DNA of 64,000 nucleotides, taken from assembly GCA_002269645.1 (NCBI GenBank), contig NIVC01000217.1:186001-250000 (forward strand), written 5' to 3'. The number at the start of each line of letters is the position of its first letter. The first letter of the stretch is position 1. The notes below the pieces were generated by a model that was not told the DNA's origin, ran no database searches, and saw only the letters and a list, made by a program, of their open reading frames with translations. The position numbers and the translations under genes were made by a program. This stretch comes from Macrostomum lignano. Lineage: Eukaryota. Shown in pieces: positions 53,524-64,000 of the stretch.

Positions 53524-56500
53524 GCTGCTGCTACTACCACTGCTACTACTACTACTACTACTACTACTACTGCTACTACTACTACTGCTACTCACCGGAG
53601 TCTGTCACAGCACTCGGCTTCACCATACTGGTTTTTCTAGAGTCGCTAGCAACGCATTTGGCACTGGTAGGCACGATGGTATTCAACCTGGCCAGGTGGT
53701 CCTCGACAATGTTAAGCTGCTGGAATGTCACCTCGCCTGCGGCTGGAAGCGAAACGAAAGTCAACTTTGGAAATGAAGAAATTGTGTTGCAAACTCGGAT
53801 AATGCAAAAAATGGATGCTCACCCAAATTTTGGCGTCGCCTTTTGTGCCGCCTCGACCGCGACAAACTTTTTCGACGAATTGGATTCTGGGATATTATTG
53901 GTTGAATTTTTAGTAGTTTTTTTAAGCTCGGTTTTAAGTCGGTATTAGTAAACTCACTGAGATTCACGATTTAACTTAGCCTCTGGGATGTTTAATTACT
54001 TTGGCTTTGGGTTGTTCAATTTGACTTTGGGGTGTTAAGTTAGCCTCTGGGATGTTTAAGTCGCTTCTATCATGTTTAATTAGCGTCTGGGATGATGAAT
54101 TAGCTTCTAGAATGTTTAATTAGACTTTGGGATGTTTAGTTAGCCTCTGGGTTGTTAAAGTAGCCTCCTGGTCTTTAATTAGCCTTTTGGGTGTTTAATT
54201 AGCCTCTGAGATGTTTAATTAGCTTCTAGGATGCTTAATTAGCCTCTTGGATGTTTAATTAGCCTTTGGGGTGTTTAATTAGCCACTGAGATGTTTATTT
54301 GCCTCCGGGATGTTTAATTAGTACCTGGGATGTTTAATTAGCCTTTGGGGTGTTTAATTAGCCACTGAGATTTTTATTTGCCTCCGGGATGTTTAATTAG
54401 TACCTGGGATGTTTAATTTGCATTCGGGGTGTTTGATTAGCCTCTTGGGCGTTTAACCAGCCTCTGTGATGTTTAATTAGCCTCTGAGATTTTTAGTATT
54501 TAATTTGTACGATTCCATCTAAGACACAAATTGTGTTGCTCAATGCTCAAGGACTCACAATCGTTGCACACTCGTTATTCTGTCCCGCGTCAAGCGAGAT
54601 TGACAGATCAACAGCGTTGCTCTCGTTGCCAAGCGAGCTCACCCAGCTGAACGCCAGACTCTGGTCTGAATAATACTGACAATCACCTTCCAGAGACGAC
54701 TGGCAGACTGCAGTCTGGCCGTTTGTCTGGCCGTTCAAGTCTGGGCAGACGCAAGCGACTTTCTCCATCAGTCTGGTTTGCTTAGCTGATGCCACTTCTG
54801 GCGGATGCTGGGTACAGAAAACAGAATGGCTTTCAGATTCAAGTTTGATTTTGAATTGGAAAGGGATACGAGGGCCTTCGAAACTAGAATAGAACCTAGC
54901 TTAAAGGATCCAGGATTATGGGATCTGGGATTGGGATCTCAAATTTTGGAATCTGAAATAAAGGATTTACGATTTGGTATTTAGTATTTGGGATCTGGGA
55001 TTAGGTATTTAGAATTTAGGATTTGGGATCTGGGATTCGGGATTTGGGTTTCTGGGTTAGGATTTGGGACTTAAGATTGGGGATTTGGGATCTGGGTTTT
55101 TGGATCTTGGGATTTGGATCTCGAATTTAAGATCTTGGATTTGGGAATCTGGGATTTAGGGTGTGGGAGAAATCCTATGAGATTTAGGATTTAGGATTTA
55201 GGATTTAGGATTGGGAATTTATCATATAGCATTCATGTTTGAGGATTTGGGATTTGGATCTGGAATTTTGCGATCTGGGATTTGAGATATAAGAGTTGGA
55301 ATCTGGGATTGCGGATATGGGGTTTGAGATCCGGGATTTAGGATCTGAGATATGGGATCTGGGATTTGGGATCTGGGATTTGGGATCTGGGGTTTCAGAT
55401 CTGGGATTTGGGATCTGGGATTTGGGATTTGGGATCTGGGATTTGGGAGCTGGGATTTGGGATCTGGGATTTCTGATCTAGGACTTGGAATCAGAAAGTT
55501 GGGATCTAGGATTTTGGATCTAAGATTTAGGATTTGGGATCTAGGATCTGGAATTTAGGATCGATTTGAGATCTGTTTTTTGGTATCTGTGGTGTTGCTG
55601 ACTTCACATAAAAAATATGGGATTCAGGATCTAAGATAATCCCATTCAAACCTGGAAAACAAGACAGCCCTTTTGGCTGGCACTGGCGCCCCTAGCGGAC
55701 GGCTTAGGCGCATCCTTCATGGAAGTCGCGGTTGTCGGCGAGGACGAGTCCTCGTACACGGCTGCTTCGCCGGTTCGCCTTTCGTTCCAGGTGCCGTAGC
55801 CCTGTGGGCGTTGGACCATGAGAACTCAGGGCATGTATCACCTGTCTCTTAACAATTAGCTACCCGAGATTTCTACCCATTCCACTGTCTCATGAGCTAA
55901 CATTTCTAATCATACGGAATGTAAACTCTACTGACTACTTACTCAGTAGTTATTTTTGAGCATATATTTTTGTGTTCCAAATGCATCCATGCAGTTAACA
56001 AACTTCAACTTCTAAAACTTCAATTTTAGAACCATTTTAGAAACAAAAATAATCATAAGCCAATCCATTACTACTCACAATGCTAGATGAGTACTGTTGA
56101 TGCTGCTCCTGATGGCGCTGAATCATCCACTGGCGCTGCTGAGCTGTGGTGCTAGAGTTCGCGCAGTTGCTACCAGAAGCGTGGGGTGGCACCTGAACTC
56201 CAGAGCGGGATTTCAACAAATACTGCTGGTTCTAAGCAAGATTTGACAACAGTTTTATTGAAGATGCTCCAAATATCCTACTTATAGTAGAAATAACAAC
56301 ATTTTAAAGCGAATTGAAATACTGAGTTACCCGATTAGGCTTGGCCGCTGGCTGATGATGCGAGTCCATTCTGGTGAGAGTCTGTCGCAGGCTGCTGCAG
56401 ACCGCCGCCAGCTGCCTCCGGCGCGAAACGGGACGCAGCTGGCTCTGCGATGTCGTTGTTGGAGTGGCGATGGACTGCTGATCGAAGTGGCTGTTAATCA

Positions 56501-56660
56501 GGGTCAGGTTGGACTCGTTGAGCAGCTCCACACCGGATAAGTCTGCCTGGGGATCGCTGGGCAGGAGATCCACCTGAAATTGGCAATTAAGCAATCAATC
56601 AATCAATCAACCAATACAATACAATTTCAATTAATCAATCAATCAATCAATCAATACAAT

Positions 56661-56694
<34 letters not shown>

Positions 56695-56723
56695 TAATCA
56701 ATCAATCAATCAATCAATACAAT

Positions 56724-56773
<50 letters not shown>

Positions 56774-56774
56774 T

Positions 56775-56814
<40 letters not shown>

Positions 56815-56823
56815 CAATTTCAG

Positions 56824-56884
<61 letters not shown>

Positions 56885-59800
56885 TAATCAATAAATTATT
56901 CCTAACCTCCTCCTTCTCCTCATCCGTCTGCCGCTGCTCAACTTCCTGCTCGGCAGTTTCCGAGCCAGCACTCAGCTTAAATTTGCAGGCAACTTTCTGG
57001 CTATTGTCAAGATGCTCGCTCACAGTCACTTCGCCCACTTTCATATCAATATTCAAGTCGCCATCCTGAGAGCCGGCCGTGCTTTGGTTGCTCGCAGACG
57101 GGCGCAAAGAGCTCTGGAAAGGTGAAAAAGTGAATCAATGTAGATCTGAATATGGAACCTTCTGGTTGCTTCAGATTCTACACAACCCTGATCCTCGCCG
57201 CATCCCTGAACCCCTAGTCACCACGACCTTCCCATCAACCTGACCCTACCACTCACCCATAAACTCGCACACCCTGACTCCCACACCCTGACCCCCTCAC
57301 CTTGACCTCCATCACACTGACCTCTTCACCATGACCCTCACCATGACCATCACTGTAACCCCCTCATCCTGACACCCATAAACCTGACCCCCTTACCATG
57401 ACCCTCCTCATCATGACCCCCTCGCCTTGACCCCCATACCCTGATCCCCTCATCCTGACCCCCTCACACTGACCTCTTCACCATGACTCTCACCATGATC
57501 CTCACTATGACCCCCTCATCCTGACCCCTTACCCTGAACTCCTCATCCTGACCCCTACCCTGACCCCCTCATCCTGACCCCCTACCCTGACCCCCTCACC
57601 ATGACCCTCCTCATCATGACCCCCTCGCCTTGACCCCCGTACCTTGACGACTGTTACCTGACCCCCTAATCCTGATCCCCTAATCCTGACCCCCTAATCC
57701 TGACCCCATAATCCTGACCCCCTAATCCTGACCCCATAATCCTGACCCCCTAATCCTGACCCCATAATCCTGACCCCCTCATCCTGACCTCCCTAACCCT
57801 GACCCCCCTCAACATGAGTCCCTCGTCCTGAACCTCCCTCACTCCAATCAAGCCCATTAAAAGAAAACAAATTCTTAAAAAATTACCGCGTTTCGCGCCT
57901 CTTCTAGCAGTTGACGCTGCTTTTGCGGCGATGCAGCTCGTTTCGCTGGCCACTCGCGCACTGGAACTTCAATGTTGTAGACCACGCTGCCGCTCGGAGC
58001 CTGCAGACTGGCCCGTCTTGCTGCTTCGTACTCCACCCGATCCGTCTCGGGCTAAATATAAACCATCAAATGTGAAGGGGTTCAAGACAATGTAGATTCT
58101 CAACCGCAACGCACTTGAAAAAACTTGATATAAGTCGACGCAAAAACGTTAAAACAGGCACTCATTTTAGCGCCGCAGGCACTCATTTTAGCGCCGCAGG
58201 CACTCATTTTAGCGCCGCAGGCACTCATTTTAGCGCCGCAGGCACTCATTTTGACGCCGCAGGCACTCATTTTAGCGCCGCAGGCACTCATTTTAGCGCC
58301 GCAGGCACTCATTTTAGCGCCGCAGGCACTCATTTTAGCGCCGCAGGCACTCATTTTAGCGCCGCAGGCACTCATTTTAGCGCCGCAGGCACTCATTTTA
58401 GCGCCGCAGGCACTCATTTTAGCGCCGCAGGCTCTCATTTTAGCGCCGTAGGTACTCATTTTAGCGCCGCAGGCACTCATTTTAGCGCCGCAGGCACTCA
58501 TTTTAGCGCCGCAGGCATTCATTTTAGCGCCGCAGGCATTCATTTTAGCGCCGTAGGTACTCATTTTAGCGCCGCAGGCTCTCATTTTAGCGCCGCAGGC
58601 ACTCATTTTAGCGCCGCAGGCACTCATTTTAGCGCCGCAGGCTCTCATTTTAGCGCCGCAGGCACTCATTTTAGCGCCGCAGGCACTCATTTTAGCGCCG
58701 CAGGCACTCATTTTAGCGCCACAGACACTCACTTAAGAGCTGTAGACACTCACTTTAGCTCCGCAGGCACTCATTTTAGCGCCGCAGGCACTCATTTTAG
58801 CACTGCAGTTACTCATTTTAGCGCCGCAGGCACTCATTTTAGCGTCGCAGGCACTCATGTTAGCGCCGCAGGCACTCATTTTAGCGCCGCAGGCACTCAT
58901 TTTGACGCCGCAGGCACTCATTTTGACGCCGCAGGCACTCATTTTGACGCCGCAGGCACTCATTTTAGCGTCGCAGGCACTCATTTTAGCGTCGCAGGCA
59001 CTCATTTTAGCGTCGCAGGCACTCATTTTAGCGCCGTAGGTACTCATTTTAGCGCCGCAGGCTCTCATTTTAGCGCCGCAGGCACTCATTTTAGCGCCGC
59101 AGGCACTCATTTTAGCGCCGCAGGCACTCATTTAAGAGCTGCAGACACTCATTTTAGCGTCGCAGGCACTCATTTTAGCGCCGTAGGTACTCATTTTAGC
59201 GCCGCAGGCTCTCATTTTAGCGCCGCAGGCACTCATTTTAGCGCCGCAGGCACTCATTTTAGCGCCGCAGGCACTCATTTAAGAGCTGCAGACACTCATT
59301 TTAGCGTCGCAGGCACTCATTTTAGCGTCGCAGGCACTCATTTTAGCGCCGTAGGTACTCATTTTAGCGCCGCAGGCTCTCATTTTAGCGCCGCAGGCAC
59401 TCATTTTAGCGCCGCAGGCACTCATTTTAGCGCCGCAGGCACTCATTTAAGAGCTGCAGACACTCATTTTAGCGCCGCAGACACTCATTTTAGCGCCACA
59501 GGCACTCATTTTGGTGCCGCAGGCACTCATTTTGGTGCCCTGAAGCATAATTTTCATAGCGGGTCACCAGGTGAGGTGGGGGGAGGGACAAAGCATTGGC
59601 TTGGCCCCCCATAGCTTTTACTGGGAAGACAAGTCCCTGGAAGAACGATACTGAACACCTTACTACAAATGCAAAGTACGCTCGTACACAAAGCCATAGA
59701 AAAATGTGTCTAAACTATCTCAAAACAATTAGTCTAATACCGCTAAACATACCGTAAACCACAGGAAAACAATTATAAACCACCACTGAAAACACCAAAA

Positions 59801-62800
59801 TCGCAGCTAAACACGCATAACTATAACAAAACGAGTAAAACTTAGTTGAAAAACTCACATCGCTATAATTTGAATCTGCATCGGTTCTGCATGCGACATC
59901 CGCTGTTTCACTCTCCGGAGTTGGACTAGCACCGTCTGATTGCGATTTGGGGTCCTAAAATAACAAATAAAGAAGCAAACTCGTTAGCTGACTCTTTATT
60001 AATATCAATGTGAACACTTTTTCTTACCTTTGTCAAAAAGGACACAGTTTTCCTGCTCCCTCTAACCTGACGCAATTCCATGAGTCTTCGTTGCTCAAAT
60101 TCATCCTGAAATTTGGCGATTTAGTTTTTTTTTGTTGCTATGGTGATATTTTCTGACGATTATCCATAGTAACAGGCTGAGAAGAGCATGCAGCTTTTTT
60201 ATTAGAGGCAGGGGGTTGTGTGCACCCTGGCGCGCTTTAAGCGACATTGTTGCACAACCGGCAAGAGGCATTACTGCCCATTCCGCCGTCTTCCCTGAGC
60301 AGGCACACAAGCGCGCGGATAGGTACGCAGTCATACGCACAGGCACACACTCACACAGGAGTGCACAGCGTTAGGCAGGTACACTTCACTGTGCCTTGTG
60401 TGTTGGCCTTGAAGGCCGGTAATTGCACAAGCAGAGCCAAGCCGAGATTCCAATTTTGCCCCAAATTAAAATGACTGCATTTGGAATCGACCTCTGCCTC
60501 AGCCAATGGAAAGCCATATTGTACAAGGGAAAGTCTGCTCATGCAAAAGACTTCAAAGGTGTAATAAATAGCTCAGAAATCCATTCAGACTGCTCAACTC
60601 ACTGCCTCATTCGCATCCTCGTGAGCGCATCGAAGCCGACGCGACTCCGTACCGTCAATGTTCAGACCGGGCAGGGAGCCGGGCCGGCACAGAATGGTGG
60701 TGCCGGCAACCAGGTTCATGCTGCTCTCCGGACTGCCCTCCGCTGACTTTCCACCTGAGCTGCGGCGACTGCCGCCCATTGAGCCTCGCCTTGAGCAGCA
60801 GTTGGAGCTGCTGGTGCACAGCATCCGATTCTCCAGCACGTTCTGGCGCTTTTCGCAGCTCTCAATCTGGCGAATCTGCTGCATTATGTTGCTCAAATTT
60901 TCTTCCTCATCATCGCAGGTCTGCCTGTGATGGGTTTGTCTGCCGGATGAAACCTTGGAGACCCTGTGACTGCGGTGATCGCCATGATGGCGCTGGTGAT
61001 GGTGATGATTTCGGTTCCGCGGGCCGCTGGACACGCGAACAACTTGACGATTGATAGAAAGGCTGACTGGCGGCTTAGCACTGTTTGGCAGAGGCGGCGG
61101 CGGCATAGCGTAGGGGCTCAACTCGACTGAGTATTCCTGATGACGGTATTGACTTTCGTTAGAGGAGCACTGAGGCTGGTTGCTGGTCGAGCAGCCATCA
61201 TCATCTGTGATGGCCGACTCATCCGGGACTTGAGACGGCTGCTGGTAGTTGCCAGAGTAGTGGGCCTGCAGATAGGTAGTCACATGTAACTGCATCCTAT
61301 AATATAAACTTTATTTAGTTGCAAAATTTGACTGAAGAATTTTACTTGCCAACTTATTCAATTAGCACCCTAAAGCATTTGGTTATAAAAAAGATTACAG
61401 AAGATATCTGGCCCTAATGGCCAGAAGTGCAACCGACAGCTCAGCCGCAGCTACGCTTGTAATTCGCGGCGAATCTGAAGGCTGCGTACGGCTTTTCAGT
61501 CCAAGGACTGGGGGGGGGGGGGGTCGACACACATGCAACTTGAATTACCCCAGCTAATGCTCGCACCCATTTTACAGCTGGGTGAACTGAAGCAATGCAG
61601 AGTTAAGTGTCTTGCTTAGGTACACAAATTGTTTCAGTGGGATCAAAAACCGTACCCCCGGCCCGACCTTCAAGTCGTGAGTCCAATGCTCTAACCAATG
61701 GGCTACAACCTCCTCGGTGAGAAATTGGTTCTAAGTAAATCTATAAAGCTTGTCAAACCACCTCAAAATAAACGCTTCTGGCTTCGGGTATGCACATATG
61801 AAGTCCAGGAACAGTTTTATTGCTCAAAAAACGAATTTCTGATCCAGGTACTCACAGTTGGTTCCGGACTTTGTCTGATGGATTAAAAGTAGATAATTGA
61901 CCCTCTGTTAAGCAACTGAGGAGCATTGATGAATAATACACTACGCTAACTAGCATTTCCTTTACACAAAAAACACTGGACGCACCTGTCCAGCTGACTT
62001 CCGTCTGTCGCAAACCTCTCCTGTCCTCTTCATTTCGCAATTTGCATCATCGGAATCTTCTTCCTCCTGACCGCTGCCCGTCACAGTTGCCGTTGGCGGA
62101 AAAATCATATCTGAGTCCGTTGACGCCAAGTCGTCAGTTTCATTGTCGCGATTCTCTGGTGCCTCAGTTTCAACGTCGCACTCTCGCTGCTGCTGGCTGT
62201 GCTGAAAATGTTGATTGCTGTTACAGCTGATCTGCGGCTGAACAGACTTGGAGTCCAATTCCAATCGCTTCGGGATGATGAGCTGACGCTGGTGCTGGCG
62301 CGTCTGGCACAACTGCAGCTGCTGGTAGCGGTGCTGACACTTCACTGCGTGACGGCGCATTTCAGCGATGCTTTGCTGCTGATAGCTCTGCTGCATTGGA
62401 CCAGCCGGCGTTGCGCATTGATTTGCATTGGTCTCAATGTCCTCCTCTACACACAAAGAATCGCTGTCGCCTCTGTCCTCACAGTAGAGCCGCGATGTCG
62501 CTTCTGAACCTGTAGCTGCCAAGATAGCAGCCTCTGACAAAGGATAATATTGAATGATTACTATCGTTGCTCGTTTCATACTAGTATAATATTTTAAACA
62601 TCTAGTATTCATTTTAGGAGAATAATGACGAATTATGGTTATGTACTCTTTGAGCCTTGACGGTTGGCCCTCAAGGTCCTTCAGGGAGAGTCATCCGTCA
62701 AGCCCAACAGATTAATTTTGTCGTTTACGGAGTCGAAACGGAGGAATCCTATAAGCCTGCATAGTAGTTCCAATAACTTCATTTACCATTAAAGTCCAGA

Positions 62801-63051
62801 TCTTCAGAGCTCAGCCCGTGGTTGTTGGCCATCTCGCAGTGGACGGTGGCGCCGTCACTCTCCGCCAGCTGCTGAACTGAGCCCGTGAACATCCGACTGT
62901 CACGTCGCTTTTTCTTATTTTTCTTTTGCAGCTGCGTCGTCATTTGCTGAGAAATCTGCTTCAGTTTCTCCAGCTCGACGAGTTGCTGCTTCCGCTGACG
63001 ACGCTTTTGCTGCTGCTGCTGCAGCTGCTGCTCTGACAGAGACTGCCGCAT
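51479..63051 (-). CDS. Uncharacterised low-complexity (Q/S/E/D-rich) protein, ~1345 aa from ATG 63051. Exons 63051-62787, 62533-61986, 61265-60603, 60066-60028, 59954-59859, 58051-57887, 57113-56907, 56573-56331, 56231-56079, 55801-55652, 54807-54559, 53764-53596, 53290-53088, 52654-52253, 51964-51479
   Basis: All 14 introns are GT-AG and the phases chain without a stop; 4038 nt = 1346 codons ending in TAG at 51479. The 53764 acceptor (AAG) is the weakest. The frame may extend upstream via a 63-nt intron (63167-63105) and an exon 63280-63168. I recognise no domain. Confidence 0.75.
52873..53015 (+). mobile_element. tRNA-derived SINE with CORE (MIR-like) central domain
   Basis: A-box-like TAGCCTAGTGGTTAGAGC and B-box GGTTCGATTC, then GCAAGACACTTAACTCTGCATTGCTTCAGTTCACCCAGCTGTAAA, which resembles the CORE consensus. 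Confidence 0.8.
53350..53591. repeat. (CTA)n microsatellite
   Basis: Fills the intron 53595-53291 of the minus-strand gene. Confidence 0.96.
53975..54490. repeat. Degenerate 20-bp minisatellite (TGTTTAATTAGCCTCTGGGA)
   Basis: Repeated units in the intron 54558-53765. Confidence 0.85.
54915..55625. repeat. 7-bp-based repeat (GGGATCT/GGGATTT/TTTAGGA)
   Basis: Fills the intron 55651-54808. Confidence 0.88.
56600..56890. repeat. (AATC)n microsatellite
   Basis: Fills the intron 56906-56574. Confidence 0.95.
57230..57800. repeat. Degenerate CCTGACCCC-based repeat
   Basis: TGACCCC recurs every ~14 bp in the intron 57886-57114. Confidence 0.85.
58157..59540. repeat. 21-bp minisatellite (GGCACTCATTTTAGCGCCGCA)
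   Basis: About 65 units. The supplied 499-aa ORF is its translation. Confidence 0.97.
61535..61715 (-). mobile_element. Second CORE-type SINE copy, inverted relative to 52873
   Basis: The reverse complement aligns with 52873-53015. A 46-nt core is identical (61570-61615 vs 52969-53014). Confidence 0.82.
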
Positions 63052-63776
63052 GATGGCATCGCTCCGATCTTGGCGGAGCTGCGGACCCTGGACTGCGGCA
63101 ATTGCTGTCGCGGTTTATGGGTGTGTGGTCGCAGTTAAAGCTTCGATAACTTCTCCTATCGACTGACGAGCAGCTGTCAGATAGAGGTTCTCAATAGGCT
63201 GCTGCGTGTTCCCCTTTCTGACTGACAATTTTTTACTTGATTTTTTAATCTCGAAGTTTTCTATGGCCGAAAGGGTTTGGCTAACCGTAATAACAAATTT
63301 GATAATTAATTTTTTTCTTCTACCAGTATTATGTGTGCTAATTTCTCAGTTGTGAGAAAGGCGTTTTAAGCCCTCAGTTTTCCATTGTCTCTACGTGGTA
63401 GACTTTTGAAAGTATTTTAAAACTAAAACTAAAACTAGTCTCGGCTTTTCTCATATCGTTAAAAGACAAGAAAAATGAACACAACAGATTGATACTACAA
63501 TTCTGGTCAAAATTTTTACTGACATTCAAACAAATACTTTGCGGTTAGGCAATTGAACATTTTGTTATAAATGTCAGAGCAAATGTCTGACTCAATCCTA
63601 TACACCATTCCGTAGACTTCTGAGCACACACAAATGCGCCAATACTGTACGCAGGCACAGCACTCGTACAAATGCTCACACGGGGTGTACAGCGGTCCTG
63701 ACTTTCTAATCATCAGGCATGTACACTCTCTAGCTGTGCCTTGGAGGTTGGCCTTCATGGGTGTAAACTTCGTGAC

Positions 63777-64000
63777 CAGTGGCGGATCTAGAGTTTCATT
63801 TTGGGGGGAGGGCCGAGTTCAAGTTTGGGGCGCCAACACGAGTATAAGGGGCGCCAATTTTTAGGCTAGGGGGCGCAAAAAATGCGTGTAGGGGGCGAAA
63901 AATCAAGCTTAGGGGGCGCAAATTTAGGTTGTTGGGGGGCGCAATATGTTCGGTCAAGCTATTTTTTTGGGGGGGGGGCGGCCCCCCTCCCCCTAAATCC
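63777..64000. mobile_element. Probable ~230-bp MITE (non-autonomous DNA transposon), right TIR truncated by the window edge
   Basis: The left end is CAGTGGCGGATCTAG. The window ends CCCTAAATCC, matching the start of the reverse-complement TIR (predicted continuation GCCACTG). The interior carries GGGGGCGC repeats. Confidence 0.6.

Noticed and set aside
55185-55212. TTTAGGA run resembling a telomeric repeat
   Set aside because: It is a 7-mer within a larger intronic GGGATCT/GGGATTT array, not TTAGGG.
58115-59614. 499-aa ORF (GTHFSAA)n
   Set aside because: It is the translation of the 21-bp minisatellite, lying antisense in an intron, and has no ATG start.
63115-63117. Apparent in-frame TAA in the coding-like run upstream of the orphan gene (readthrough candidate)
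   Set aside because: It lies inside a plausible 63-nt intron (GTCAGT...TTTAAC...CGACAG, 63167-63105) whose removal keeps the frame, or else in the 5'UTR. No recoding is needed.

Overview
Eukaryotic (metazoan) genomic DNA, not prokaryotic: GT-AG introns, intron-filling minisatellites and GC-rich exons. A free-living flatworm such as Macrostomum is my guess from gene content and repeat style; this is inference. Left to right: (1) a 6.6 kb 23-bp satellite with higher-order structure; (2) the 3' part of a scribble gene (+ strand; last LRRs, LAPSD, 4 PDZ, C-terminal motif; 7986-24329), with most introns filled by a different tandem repeat; (3) two tandem TRP-channel paralogues (+). The first has ~14-15 ankyrin repeats fused to a TRPM-like channel and is broken by 3 frameshifts and one TAG. 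The second is intact and lacks ankyrins. They share a near-identical ~0.7 kb S3-S6 tract. (4) Three small 4-EF-hand calcium-binding genes (+,-,+), the first bracketed by two identical tRNA-Arg(TCT) genes; (5) a 15-exon, ~1345-aa low-complexity orphan gene (- strand, 63051-51479) with nine consecutive phase 0-0 exons and an inverted pair of CORE-type SINEs in its introns; (6) a probable MITE at the right edge. All exon structures were spliced by hand from the sequence and no database search was run. Most short ORFs in the supplied track are repeat artefacts.
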